Source of the DNA: Chromera velia
Lineage: Eukaryota
Reading direction: 5' to 3'
DNA: 48,000 nt
NCBI GenBank assembly: GCA_018398765.1
Contig: JAHBMJ010000429.1
Coordinates: 1-48,000, forward strand
This document shows, piece by piece, positions 21,676-35,013 of the stretch. The notes beneath the pieces were generated by a model. It saw only the letters and a list, made by a program, of their open reading frames with translations. It was not told the DNA's origin and ran no database searches. The first letter of the stretch is position 1, and every line of letters starts with the position of its first letter. The position numbers and the translations under genes were made by a program.

Positions 21676-24141
21676 TTATGTTGCTCCAACGCCTTGTTGT
21701 TGGTCTTTCCGATGACGGTGCCGATGTCTATCTCTTGAGGTTAGGCGCTGTCCGTGCCTTTCCCCTGTGTTACCGGGGGCGTCAAGATCAGAAGGCCACC
21801 CCTCTGGGTTGCTAGCAAATGCAAACCCCTCCGCACTTGACCCAACCCCGTCTCCAGCAGGGGCAGAGCTGAAGAAATCGTCACCCCCGAAATCATCAGA
21901 CTCTGTCCGACAGAAATCTGCCTGCAGCTCCAGAAGAGTGCGCCCCCCCTGAACACGGTCTCCTCCTTCGGAAAGAAACGGGCGAGGTTTACCGAATGGG
22001 CTCTCTGCTGATGGGTCAAAGACCCCGGCATTTGGACGCCCCACCGGTGCAGTGAAGTCTGAAGCCGGGGCCCTGCGGACGACATTTGGGGGGGCAAGTA
22101 CTCCCCTTCCCCCCTCTTCCACAGTTGCTGATGCAGAACGCCCTATCGTGTGGACGTCCGGGGCGAGACGCGAAGCTTGCACGCCCTCTTGCGGTAAGGA
22201 GACGTTGACTGTCACAGGGGGGTGCATTGTGCTGACGACCGTGCCTGCGGGAACCTGTACGTTTTGCCCTGAAGACGCGTCTGTCTGCATCCTTTGCTGT
22301 GTGGTGGGAAAGGGAGGGGGAGCTTTGGAGGAGGAGGAGGAAGACGGAAAGGGGCACGCTGTGGGAGGCGGTGCTGTTGGCGAAGGCTCAAAGGCAACGG
22401 GGGAAAAAGAATCACCGGTAAGAGAAGTGAAGAGGCTGTCGGGAGCGCTCTTGGGAATGTCTCGGAGGTCACCCTCAGAGTGTCCTGTAGCAGCAAGAAG
22501 CGCTTCTGAGGCTGTCTGCATCGTCAGTAAGGCCTTATCTGCAGAGAACACTCGGCCCCTTGTCGCTGGACCGGGAGGCCCCAGGAGGACCCCTCCTCGT
22601 CCTCCCTCAGATTCCTCGTCTCTTTTGCTTGTTTTGGGAGGGGAAGCCGATTTGGTCTCTCTGGGTTTCGCGGAAATCGCGGGGGGGGAGATCTCAAGCA
22701 GTGGGCGGTCCACGCTGATCGTTCCCCCTCCCGTTGGACTTTCGGTGTCCTTTGCAGGGGGCAGGACGTTGCTCGGACCTGCCCCCCGTGCTCCGGGAGG
22801 CGGTGCAGTGACAGGAAGAGGCACAGCGGGGGCTTCCCCCCCCCCTTTTGGGGATGCCAGGAGATCAAAGCGCGGTTGTGCGGGGGAATTTCCTAAACTA
22901 GGGGGGGCAGGGAAATGTGGACCCTCCGCATCATCCACTGTCACAGAGGGGGGGGCATTGCCTGCTGGGTCATCTGAGGAGGCTGCAGGGGGGAAGTTTG
23001 CGAAAAGATCAGTGGAGAGGACCGCCTCCCCCCCTGACGCCCTGATTGCTGCCTGGGCCTCTGTTTCAGCAAGTCTGTGACAGAGCGAAGGACGAGCGGG
23101 GAGTCGACTCGTTGTGTTTGTGTGACCTTTCCCCTTGTCACCCCTCTCACCGCTCTTCATTGTGGTTGCCTGGGCACTGCCAGGTCGGTGTGCTCCTGAA
23201 GCTGCCGCTCCCTGACCTCTCTTTTGCGCATCCTGTTATAAGTACAGACAGATATTGGTCTTTTCCGGTCTTCTTTTCTTTTCATTGTGGACATTTGGTA
23301 AGAAAACAGACGTCAACGAAAAACGACATGCGCTCAAAAAAAGAGCAACGAGACAGAAAAAAGAAATGAAAGAAATCCTTTGAGGTCCATTGAGGGGAAT
23401 TTCGGCATTGGGAAGAAATGTATCCACGGAAGAGGCCATTTTCTGAAGGAAAGAGGACAGACAGCAAGAAAAAGCGCGCGCGTGAGAGAGAAAGAGAGAA
23501 AAACGCTGTGTATGTTAGGACCGACCTACCTGAGGGATTTCAATATTTGAAACCGCATGCCATCGATCGAAGATTTCCGCGAGTTGGTGTGCTGCACATG
23601 CGCATAGATAAGGCCAAGGAGCGAACAGGGAAAGTCTGTCTGTCCGTCGTTCAGACAGTCAGAGAGAGTCACGGGAAGAAAGGGAAACCTCTGGAGACAC
23701 GTGTACGGACGCAGAGGGGAAACAAACAATTTAACGAGTCGGACAACAACTGTGAGAGTGCTTCATTTTTCCTGGGAAAGACATGTGAATGCAGTCTACG
23801 TGAAGACGCGAAAAAAAAAAAACGGACGGAGGTGATGAATCGGACAGGGTCAACCAGTTTCACATATATAGGGCAGGATAGCCGGCTCAAGATGAAAAAG
23901 AGGGAAGAGGAGGACCGCAGTAGGCGACTGCGTTCATTGAAGAGGATTTATTGTGGTGTATCTAAACGCAGACAGAAGAGAGAAAAAAGTCTCGAGCGCA
24001 AACGACCCGTGTCACTGGAAAGACTCCAGAGAGCACTAAAGGAAGAAAGAAGGAAAGAAAGAAATACGAAAGGAAAGAATCGCGGACAGAAGGGGAGCAA
24101 ACATTCATCCTGGTTTCTTCCCCTCCGACTTGTCCTTTTTC

Positions 24142-24181
<40 letters not shown>

Positions 24182-24860
24182 AAGATAGAAAAATGTATTA
24201 ATGTTAGTAATAGAAAAAAAGGACCCACCCGATGGTCGATTTCGAGGGTCAACCGCCAGCGTCCACTTAATCACATCCCGCAACTTCTTGGACACACTGA
24301 AAACAGACAGACAGACAGACAGACAGGCAGGCAGGAATGAAGGCAGGGACGGATTGAGTGACGAACAAAGAGCGAAAGAAAACAAGGGGGATCCCCCACA
24401 GAATATTTTGTACTTCTCTCCCCTGTTGGATCGTTCGGTGGCTGTCTCCAGTGATCGCGTTGCTCAAAAAGGAGGGCCTGACTGACTGACTGACCGAAGA
24501 AACAAGTCACAGGGCCGCACACCTGTCTGGCAGACAGACTGGCAAGCAATTAGTTCTGTGTGTCTATCTGACCGACCGACTGACTCGGAGGATTCCGGCA
24601 TCGTAAAGTTCCCATTCGCAATTGCCAGTGAGGACTGGTCCTGGAATGGGTGTCTGTAGAACACCAGCGTGTACAGAACGCAGCCGGTCATCCAGACGTC
24701 CACCTTCGGGCCGACCTCGAAACCCTTGTACAGGTCTACCATCTCAGGCGCCCTGCACACATCCACATACACACACATATTGTGCATCCTGTTCTGCACG
24801 AGCGGAAGCAAACTTGGGGAACGGAAGAGAATCGAATTGAAAAAAAGGAAATCCAACAGG

Positions 24861-24920
<60 letters not shown>

Positions 24921-26092
24921 CTCTGACCTGTACATGAGGGTGGTGTGGCGTTCGATGTCTTCCTGCTGTCGAAGCAGCTGTTCGCGGTTGCAAGTTCTGC
25001 AAGAAGAAGGTCACACACACAAAAAATTCCCACAATCCATGCGGTGTGTGTGTGTGCATGTGTGTGGGAGAGTGGCGATCGATGAAGCTTCTACCTAAGG
25101 GGCATAGGGGGGGAAAGAAAGTCCGAAAAAGCGTTAAAGTCTCAAGAAGTCAACCTGATCGCCCCCCCCCCGTCCATGCATCCATCTCACACAACGTGCA
25201 CTCGAGTGCAGCTCTCTTCCACTCAGCTAACTGGATGCTGGGAAAAGGACTATCCATGCGGAGATCGAGTTGCTGGACCCTCATCAAAACCGGGCCGCTC
25301 CAAACAACAGAACACCAGCCGACCGACCGACCGAGTGTCAACGTGAGCAGTTGAACAAGACCCAAAGTCGCAGAGTTTGAATGAGCCACGACACTGCAAC
25401 ACGTTCTCTACCTGCAGGCCAACAGATCACATGAACAACAGAGTTCGTTCATTTGTCTCTCTCTCTTATGTTTTCTCTTCTCTTCCGCTAGCCCGCACAG
25501 GCGTGTGGATGCACATAAGGAGGGGGGGGATGGAGGAGAGGGAGGGAGTCAACTAAGCAGGAGACCACCTTTCCTTTCTTTAGTGCTCTCTCCAAAAACA
25601 GAGAGAACCATGGACGGACGAACGGACGGAGAAGGCAGGTCTCACCTTCACGTCGCGGTGCGCTACCGATGGTTGGAGGGAGTGGAGGTGGGAGAGTCCC
25701 CTGCAAGAGGAAACGGAGCTTAGAAAATTGTAGACATTTCATCGAGGATGAACCAAAGAAAATGCCACAAAAGCGAGAAACTGTGAAGCAGACCGCACAA
25801 CAGACAGGAGAGAATAGGACGATAAGCAGACGGGAGAGAAGAATAAAGCAAATGCAAAGAAGGGAACATTACATCCAAGGAAACTGCGCTCTATCGTCCT
25901 GAAGATTCCCTCCCTCCTTTTGAGAAGACAGAGAAGAAAATTCTTTGACAGACAGAAGACTGCATGTGCCTACCCCGGTGTCCCATCGACACAAAGACCG
26001 ACCACTCCAAGAAAGAAAGAAAGAAAGAAAGAAAGAACAAAAGGAACGAAAGAAACGAAAGAAACGAAAGAAAGAAAGAAAGAAAGAAACGA

Positions 26093-26136
<44 letters not shown>

Positions 26137-26145
26137 AAAAAAGAA

Positions 26146-26176
<31 letters not shown>

Positions 26177-26250
26177 GAAAAAAAAGGAAAAGAAAGAAAG
26201 AAAGAAAGAAAGGAAAAAAAAGGAAAAGAAAGAAAGAAAGAAAGAAAGGA

Positions 26251-26286
<36 letters not shown>

Positions 26287-26836
26287 AAAACACAAACCCA
26301 ATCAAAAGACACACCTGCAGAGGTCCCGCATCACCGTTACGATTGCCTCCTCGTTCAGCCTGCCTCCGTGGAGGTCCAACAGATCCAACAAATGGCCGTC
26401 GGGGCAAAATTCCATCAACAACAGAATCTCCTTGCACGATCGTGCTGCAGAATGTGCACAGACAGAAATGGAGCGGGGAAAGATGTTGTTCACCACAGAT
26501 AGTAAGAACGCGTAACGATCTCCGCTGAAGACCATGATGAGAAAAACTTTTCTTTGCACAAACGCCCGACTTCAGGTTGACCCGAGCCAAGCCTGACACT
26601 GATCGAGTCACTGAATATTTTCTTTTCCTCTTCTATTGTTCCCAGGAAAGATCGATGAATGAATGGACCCGCAGGCAGCCGAAAAGTGACACGCCAGATG
26701 CGGTAGGTCTCTCTGACACCATCAGTTGTCTGTCTGTCTGTCTGTCTGTCTCTCTGTCTGCGTTTTTGTCTGTCTGTCCGTGTGTTTTTGTCTGTCTGTC
26801 TATCTGTCTGTCTGTCTGTCTGTCTCTCTGTCTGCG

Positions 26837-26871
<35 letters not shown>

Positions 26872-26944
26872 GTCTTTCTGTCTGTGTGTTTTTGTCTGTC
26901 TGTCTGTCTGTCTGTGTGTTTGTCTGTCTGTATGTATGTTTGTT

Positions 26945-26987
<43 letters not shown>

Positions 26988-27018
26988 TTGTCTCTCTGTC
27001 TGTCTGTCTGTTTGTCTC

Positions 27019-27055
<37 letters not shown>

Positions 27056-27087
27056 TTGTCTCTCTGTCTGTCTGTCTGTTTGTCTCT

Positions 27088-27121
<34 letters not shown>

Positions 27122-27123
27122 CT

Positions 27124-27157
<34 letters not shown>

Positions 27158-27246
27158 CTCTGTTTGTTTGTCTGTCTGTTTGTCTGTCTGTCTGTGTGAA
27201 GAAAAGGAGGGAGAAGAAGAAGAAACATATAGTCTGTCTGTGTGTT

Positions 27247-27285
<39 letters not shown>

Positions 27286-27316
27286 TTGTCTCTCTGTCTG
27301 TCTGTCTGTTTGTCTC

Positions 27317-27381
<65 letters not shown>

Positions 27382-27382
27382 C

Positions 27383-27455
<73 letters not shown>

Positions 27456-28242
27456 TTCGATCCGCAGGTCGGCTGCCTAGTCTGATTGCTTCACTTCCCT
27501 TTTCGATTGAAATGCCCCTATTCAGTGGGAGAACACCCCGAAAAAGGGCAAAAAAAAGGCAGTTAAACTCGAAGACAGAGAGATTCTCCAGCCGAACAGA
27601 CTTACAGTGGGTGTCCACCCGATGCCCGATATACCCCACTAGGTTCGGGTGAGAGGGGATCATCGCCTGTAAGAAGAAGGAATGGAACTATTTAAGGGGC
27701 AAAAGAAACGGATGAGTCCAAGAAGCAGCTGGCGAAGGAAAAGAGAAAAACGCGATACGAAATGAACCGGACAGATATCTAAATATTTTCTTTTGCGTAC
27801 AGATGCGGAGACGGGAACGTTCATCTCACTTTTTTATTCTGATCTAGAAAACAAAATCTGTCGACTCGACCGAGACCTACGCCGATCCGGCAGGCATCCA
27901 TTTAAAAAAACATGAGAAATTGTGATCGACACAGAGTCGGACAGAATCAAGAAAGCCGCCCTGCTGTAAAACGCAAAGCAAGAGCCTTTCTGCAAGCAAC
28001 AAATTGCTGTTTACTCCTCCAACTCTCCTCCCTCCCTCCCTTCTGACCAGCATCTCAGCTTCCTGTTTCGCCTCGGAGTACCTCTCCCTGTCCTGGCAGA
28101 GAATTTTCTTCAGTGCAAATTCTTCCCCCGTGTCAACATCGTGGGCAGCGAAGACGATTCCAAACCCTCCCTCTGCCAGCTTCCGGTCTTCAACCACCGT
28201 CCGATTGCCAATCGTATGCCGCGTACCGAATTTGTTGCGAAT
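21676..28242 (-). CDS. NAK-family (AAK1/BIKE/Ark1-Prk1-like) Ser/Thr kinase with a long disordered C-terminal tail; first exon unresolved
   Basis: Phase-consistent exons 28242-28048, 27666-27606, 26444-26315, 25700-25646, 25411-25332, 24996-24928, 24752-24585, 24296-24229, 23591-23530, 23232-21676. They give [64 protein letters not shown] and DPRNRPS. TT.MYRAPEM.DLY is the NAK signature. A candidate start lies at ~29315 (..GFFSNIKAGLKS). Confidence 0.92.
26010..26290. repeat. (GAAA)n microsatellite in a kinase intron
   Basis: Direct inspection. Confidence 0.95.
26727..27455. repeat. (TCTG)n microsatellite (~730 bp) in a kinase intron
   Basis: Direct inspection. Confidence 0.95.
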
Positions 28243-28313
28243 CTGACGGGAAAGCATAATGCATGTAAGGATGAGCGGACACACATGGCGAGAGCAAAGG
28301 TCGAGGGAGAGGG

Positions 28314-28321
<8 letters not shown>

Positions 28322-28346
<25 letters not shown>

Positions 28347-28380
28347 AAAGGCAAGAAAGAAGAAAGAAAGAAAGAAAGAA

Positions 28381-28416
<36 letters not shown>

Positions 28417-28458
28417 AAAGAAAGAAAGAAAGAAAGAAAAGAAAGAAAGAAAGAAGGG

Positions 28459-28506
<48 letters not shown>

Positions 28507-28535
28507 AAGAAAAAGAAAGAAAGAAAGAAAGAAAA
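28322..28535. repeat. (GA)n/(GAAA)n microsatellite upstream of the first resolved kinase exon
   Basis: Direct inspection. Confidence 0.93.
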
Positions 28536-29414
28536 CAAGGTAGCAAGAAAGCAAATGAGAAAGATACAAACAAAAAAAGAGAGAAAGAGAGGGAGAGACG
28601 GAGATACGGAGGGAAAGACATGAGTCAAGTGGAGAAGTAAGAAAGGACAAAACCGAGGAGACAGAGGGACTTGACAAAATGAACGGCATCTCAAAGAAGG
28701 CCAACAAATGTATGATGAACACTGTCGTCCCATATCCAACAAAGTACCCGATGAAGAAAAGAAAAAAAGGTCAACAGACCAGGTTGCTGCCCCAATTTCG
28801 GAATCCCTGCATCGCAAAGGCTGCACACACAACACAACACAACAGAAAAGAGACAGGTGGAGTGCAAATTCACTCTTTGCAGGACTGTGAAGTGCTCACA
28901 GCCTGATCCCACATACAAGAAGACTTCAGGGAACTGACGAACCGGCTTGCCGAACGTATCTGCAACAGAAAAGACAAGAGTCTCCAGGAGGCCGCGGCGG
29001 GACGGGCGCACGGCTGCTGCCCCTAAACGCGTTTATGGCGAACCGCGGCTAGCAGGCGCACAGGGCGCCAGGACCGCTCTTTCGTATGTGATACAGACCG
29101 GAGAACCCAATGGACCGCAGCCCTCGCTGGACTTCTTTTGCTGGACTGCTCTTCCTGCTAGAGTCGATACACACGATTCGCGGAACAACTGATTTCAATC
29201 CTGCTTTTATGTTTGAAAAGAAACCGGGGGCTTCTCCTCTCTCGATTCTTGTGTTAAGAAGGAGCACATCGGAGTCTGTTCGATCATCTGTTATGCTCGC
29301 AGCAATCGCCAGCATTCACCGGGGCGTTGGATAAGCTGTCAGTTTGTGATCACTGATCAGATACTGATCAGTGTGTGTATGTGTGTCAGACAGACACTGT
29401 CAGTCTCTTCAATC

Positions 29415-29525
29415 CATGCAATGCGGCGCCGCGCGGATAGCCCCGGGACCACGGGCCGCGCGCGGCGGCGCATGCGGACAATGCGCGGCGCCGCGCCGAA
29501 CTGTTTTCATGACCTGCATGTCTTG
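29415..29525. promoter_or_regulatory. GC-rich core of a probable bidirectional promoter between the kinase (-) and the EF-hand gene (+)
   Basis: CpG-dense island with palindromes GCGGCGCCGC and GCGCGGCGCCGCGC plus CATGC motifs, lying between two head-to-head genes. Confidence 0.4.
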
Positions 29526-29786
29526 CGTCCGTCAGTCCATAGGCAAGGTTCTCCTTGGTTCTCCCCAGGATCTCCGCAGCGGAGTTCGACGTTGCTTGAC
29601 AGTGCATCCAACTCGATAGCTTCTGCCGAACTGTCAGAACCCAAGAAGCCTGTGTGAACTGTTTGATTGCGCTTGATCGGAGAGTACGTTCCTATACCTC
29701 TGAGCAAGTCTGTTGTCCTGGCTGGGTAGTCCTGGTCTCCAGTACCTGCGTGGTTCGAAATTTGTCTTTTCCCACACACACACACA

Positions 29787-31242
29787 ATGGCGGCAATGGC
29801 AGGACCTCGGCGAGAGCTCTCCGAAGAGGAGGTAAGTCTAAGGATGCCGTGAAGTGACCACAGGAGATCTGTAGAGGTCTTGGCCGTTTGCACCTGGCAT
29901 CAATCGTTTTGTCAGACTGAAGATCTGTGTTTCCTTTATGGGTCTCGCCGTTTGCAGAAAAAGGCCATCAGGGCTGTGTTTGACTCCTTCAACACCGACG
30001 GAGAGGTGGGCCAGACGGGAGCCACGCTGAGCCTGGACGAGATGAAGAAAGCCATGCTGAAGGTGGCTCCTCATATCCCTGACAAGGACATCCAACTGAT
30101 CATTGACGGTAGGTCTTTCTGGTATTTCAGACAAAGGGGAGCTCATGTGAACTTCATGGGAGAGCTCAAGGAAAGTGATGGATGCCCTTTATGCGTTTTT
30201 GATTCCGCGCTTGTCTGCTCAGTTGGCACGATCGACTGTTTGTTCTCTTGTTAAAACCCCATTGGCGCACGTGTATGCTCGCAGACATCGATGAGAACGG
30301 TGACGGTCAAGTTGACTTCAATGAGTTCTACTCAATCATGAGGAAGAAGCTTTTGGGTCTGGAGGCAGAAGATGACGTTCTGCAGGCTTTCGCTCTCTTG
30401 GACAAGGACAAGTCAGTACCTGCAGCAGTCCTGAACCAAAAGATATGAATGAAGTAGGGATTTTTTGGTATTGGACCAGATACACTTTCTGAATAGGAGT
30501 CGATTGGTAGAGGAGTGAGTTTAGGACTTCAGTTGATAATGGGTCGGTCCATTCAATCCATCCTGCTTTGTTTCGTCTGTTTCTTACATTCTTCGGTCCT
30601 CCGTTCCTTGCTTTTCTTCCTTGCTTTTCTACCTCCGCACTTCCTCCCTGACCACTTTCTTTTCACCTCCTCTCTTGCGCTCCTCCATGTGCTTCTCACC
30701 GTTCCCCTTCCTTTCCTCGCGGCTTCCTTGGCTTCGGTGCAGACCGCTTTCTTGTTTTGTGTTTGTTCTTTCTTTTTCCCTTGTCCTTTACACTTGCACT
30801 TCTTCCCCTTTCTCTGCCCATTTTGCTTCTTCTTCTTTTTCAGCGCACGTAAGAGCCTATGTATGAAGGGCACATTCTGCTGGGGTACCTCGAAGGATAA
30901 TGGAAGAATGACAAAACGGAGGCAGCCATCAAAGTCCGACTCACGTGAGAACGTTCCGACTCTCGTCGTTGGTCTCCTGCAAATTGTGTTCGATCGACGC
31001 ACGCACAGACAACGTGACTTTCGTTCCGCGTCCAACACCCTGAATAGATGGATGGATGCACGGACTGACAAATGAATGAGTGAATAAATGAATGAATGAA
31101 TGCAGGAACGGTTTCATCTCCCCACCCGAACTTCGCCATCTTCTGACCAGCGTGGGAAGAAACCCCCTGTCTCAAGGTCGGTCGGTCCGTGGGTCTCGGG
31201 CTATGTGGGTAGACATCTCAGACCAAGCAGAGGCAGTGGTCA

Positions 31243-31277
<35 letters not shown>

Positions 31278-31881
31278 CCTCCCTTCCTCCCTCCCTCCCT
31301 CCCCTCTTCTCTGCGCATGTAGGAGAGAGAGATGCGGAATCGGCTTGCTTGTCCGAGGGGGGAAGAGAGAGACAACAAAGGGATACAAACAGACAGAAAG
31401 ATGAGACAGACAGACTATATGACTTTTTCTTTCTGTTTCTCTTTTTAGGGGGGCTTTTAGGCATAGAACAAAACAAGAAGAGACAAACAGAAACAGAGAA
31501 AGAAGAAAAAGAGAGAGAATGAGAAGGAGAGAAAGAAAGGAAGGAAGAAAGAGACAGAAAGAGCCTCTATCATTGCGTTTTATCCGCTGTATGTATGCAG
31601 AGGAAGCCGACGAGCTTCTCCACATGGCAGACTCCGACGGAGACGGCTTGATCAGCTACCAGGAGTTCTTCAAATGGTCTGTCTCTCTGTCTTTCTGTCT
31701 GCCTGCTCATGGATGCATCCGTGCCTCCCTGCCAGCCTGCCTGCCTGCCTGCCCGCCTTGCTGGTTTGTATGCTGGTCCATCTTATATGCTCTGATGCTC
31801 ATTCATGACCTTTCTCTCCTCTTGCTCGCTGGCCTCAATGCGTCTTTGGAACTCGCGTTTTCATGTCCGTGAAGGTATTGA
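29787..31881 (+). CDS. Calmodulin/centrin-like four-EF-hand protein (~158 aa)
   Basis: Exons 29787-29831, 29958-30108, 30285-30411, 31106-31176, 31601-31676 and a tentative last exon 31875-31881. They give MAAMAGPRRELSEEE|KKAIRAVFDSF...; EF loops DENGDGQVDFNE, DKDKNGFISPPE, DSDGDGLISYQE. The 3' end is uncertain. Confidence 0.88.
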
Positions 31882-33513
31882 TGGCATTTCGACCTGCAAC
31901 AAATCAGAGGGGGGGAGGAAGAGACAGACTGCATGAATTCGGAGCTAGAGCTCTGGCATGACTGTCCTTGTCCTGAATTTAATGCTTCCTCTCCCTTGCA
32001 AGGATCATCTGAGTGGCTTGCTTAGATTCCATTGATGCCGCATGCATGGTGGTTGCTGTGGTTCTCGTGGAGTGTTGGATAGATGACTGCAATCACAAAG
32101 AAGCCTCATCCTGGTGTCTGTGCTCGGATGGAGGGGGAGAAAGGAGAGGGAGAACCATTCCTCCTCACCCGGACAGAAGTCGATTCGACGTAGCTGGGAC
32201 AAAATCGACGTGTTTTTTTTTAATCTACCCCCCACTGCGCCCCTGCAGTGTATGGGGTGGATGTTCACGAGCGTGTTTGTATGATCACGTGCGTTGGCGT
32301 TGCTTGCAGGTTGTCGAGGGAGGCCAAGGAGTGAGACAGGAGGACCGTGCAGACCGACTTGGGCGAGTGGACGTGGGCACGGCTGCATGTCGGGATGGCT
32401 GGCTGAAGAGAGAGAAGGGAGGGGAGCAAGAGGACAACGACCAACATGACAGACATGGATTTCTTTTCTCTTCATTAGTAGGGCCGCCATGCTGTCTGCA
32501 GCTCCATGTCTTCGCCTCCTTGCTCTCTTACCGCCTTCAAAGTGACTTTTCGCTGCGATGAAAGCGTTTGAGATTCCACAATCTTTCCGGATTTTCGGGT
32601 GGCCTTCGTAGATCGCCATAACTCAAGAACGTGCATACTGGAAAGAGTAGAAACAAAAAACATGCACGCTGCATAATGTTGCATTGTTACAGTATGCGAC
32701 TATGCGTTGTCTTACCTTGCGAGGCTTGCGTTTACATTTATATTATTCAATTATATATATGTTTTATATCGTTTTGCCTACATTTTTGATATATTTATGA
32801 AATTTGTTTTCATTTGTCAATAAAGATGATCAAAGATGCTCGAGAAGATGATATAATCAAGAAAAGTGAAATTGCTTACATTTTTTTATTTAGCTTTATG
32901 ATAGGCTTTATTCATCAATTGATTCTATTCGATTTGAGACCAAAAATGAAAAAGACTATGTGTTTAAAGACATTTGAACTAGCATTTGAACTTTGAAGCC
33001 TAAATTGAAGGCGTTCGCAACAACTCCTAGAATAACTTACAATGTTTAGCTAGGCTCGCCATGAAACCTAGTGCGACCCAGTGTTTAGCGATAGTATTTG
33101 ATTTCAAATTATACTATTAGACTAGTATAAGTGATAAGTGATAAGTGATTTAGTGGTGCCTTTGAGTACTGTCGCCATTTTGTCTTGTAAAAGTCGCCCC
33201 CGCAAACGGTAGGGGGGTGTGCCCCATCACTGAGGCTCAGACCACACCCTATGGCCCACCTGGAATCTCTTCCAGGCCGTTTTCATTGACTTTTCAATCA
33301 AGTTCTTTGTTGCACACATACAGCCTAAGCCTTTGCATGTGACGTGTTTTACATATTACACTTGCTTTTTAACTAAAAAAGGCACGATCGTCGATTTATT
33401 ATCACTTGCATGATAAGATCAAGATCAAAAACCCCTTCATAGTTGCTTTCTTGCTAACTTGACAAATGGGATGAAAAGGAAAAAGATGAACATCAGCCTG
33501 AGGACAATAACAG

Positions 33514-35013
33514 TGTTAAGGTCTACTTAGAGGGGTTGGGCCCGGTTGGCGCTAGTGAGTAGTGACCATGTTTGATTTGATTTGATTTGATTTGATTTAA
33601 TTTGATTTGATTTGAGCTTTAACCTCAAATATTTGATATTTGAGGTAAGATTTGAGGTTAACCTCTTAGGGTTCCTCACTGAGTCACTGACTTACTATCA
33701 CTCTGATCATTTTTCTTATGACAATAGTTATCAGAACATTTCTGATGCGTGTTTCAAAAATTTAAAAAAATATACATAAAATTATAACTTATCAGTTCCG
33801 TAAAAACAATATGCCTGTGTGGCAGTGTATATACATTAGTCACTGAGACTCACTCTAGTACTAATAGAGATTAAGAACGTAAAATTGATAGATTTGAAAT
33901 TGCATATAAGTTGTGATATAACTTTTTGTTGATACAATAAAGTTAGAGCACGTACCAAAATTGAGGTGACAATCACTCAGCTTTATGGCACTTCCTTTTC
34001 CTCTTCTTCATGATCACTTTCTTCAATGTGAATCGAATCGATCGGTGGTGGGAGCTGCTAAGAGCTTTTTCTCTGGCTTTTCGGCTTTCCAGGAGTGGGT
34101 GCTCCTGGGCTTCTATTCGGTTGCGGAGAGATGACAACGGGGTGAGACACAAATAGTTTCTCCTTCCCCCTCGGCTCCTTGTATTTTCACCTGACACTGA
34201 ATCACATTTGCCCCCTTTTGCACGGATCATATTTTTTTTGCGTATCCGGCTCTAAAAACAAATGCCTCCTTCTTCATTTTTTCGGGACCTTCATATTTGA
34301 GGTTGAAAGTCATATTGATCAAATATTTGATCGTATTTGATAGATCTTTAAACACTAGGTCCTCCCTGACTGGATATTTGATTTGAGCTTAAGCCCTACC
34401 TCAAATCAAATCAAATCAAATCAAATTAAATCAAACATGGTCACTACGTAGTAGTGAGTGCTTACAGAGGTTCAAGAGTCTTCAGGGTTTGATATCGCTG
34501 GAGCGGTTCAGGTCGATCCCTCGTGACAGACTCAATCGATATCAGGAGCATGGAGCTTTCTTGCGATTCAGCGATCGATCTGATTTCATAGTAGTCTTCC
34601 AGAAAGTCTTTCGGAAGTCTTTCATGTGATTTCGATCGAAATACGACAGGCCAAAATCTGTATAGTACAGGACGTTAATGTCCCGTCTCTTTCCTTGTTG
34701 ATCCTTAAAAAAACAGGTAGCAAGGATTGAACTTATGATCTTCTGTTTGTTAATGTTGTATGTTAATCACTAAGTCATGAACGTAAGCGACACACACCAT
34801 TCTCTTTTGCTTAGCACTATTTTCAATTAAGTCAATTTATTTAATTCTCATTTTCTTTTTAGTCACGCTTTGATAGCATATAGCATTCGCCCCTTTCTAA
34901 GATCGAGATTCCACGCTCGATTCATACATAATGTAATCGCATAGCATTCGTTCCTTTCTAGGCAATTAATATTATATACAGTTCAGTACAGTCGTTAAAA
35001 AAAAATTTTAACA
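33514..35013 (-). repeat. 3' LTR of the Gypsy element, interrupted by hAT copy 2; inner boundary uncertain
   Basis: 33514-33559 plus 34452-34794 match 47673-48000 (with one ~44-bp indel). TTAACA at 35008-35013 mirrors TGTTAA, but the LTR may extend to ~35500. Confidence 0.7.
33560..34446 (-). mobile_element. hAT-family deletion derivative, copy 2 (887 bp), nested in the Gypsy LTR
   Basis: Same TIRs and (TTTGA)n arrays as 13455-14382. The first ~590 bp and last ~135 bp are shared and the internal deletion differs. Target TAGTGAG is duplicated with a 5-nt filler CGTAG. Confidence 0.88.

Noticed and set aside
22052..23080. 342-aa + strand ORF
   Set aside because: Antisense shadow of the GC-rich final kinase exon.
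25869..28835. Long ORFs rich in KERK, FLSF, CLSV or TDRQ
   Set aside because: Stop-free translations of (GAAA)n and (TCTG)n intronic microsatellites.
32005..32619. Overlapping 204-aa (-) and 182-aa (+) ORFs
   Set aside because: No recognisable domain or consistent exon chain; may be the 3' UTR of the EF-hand gene.
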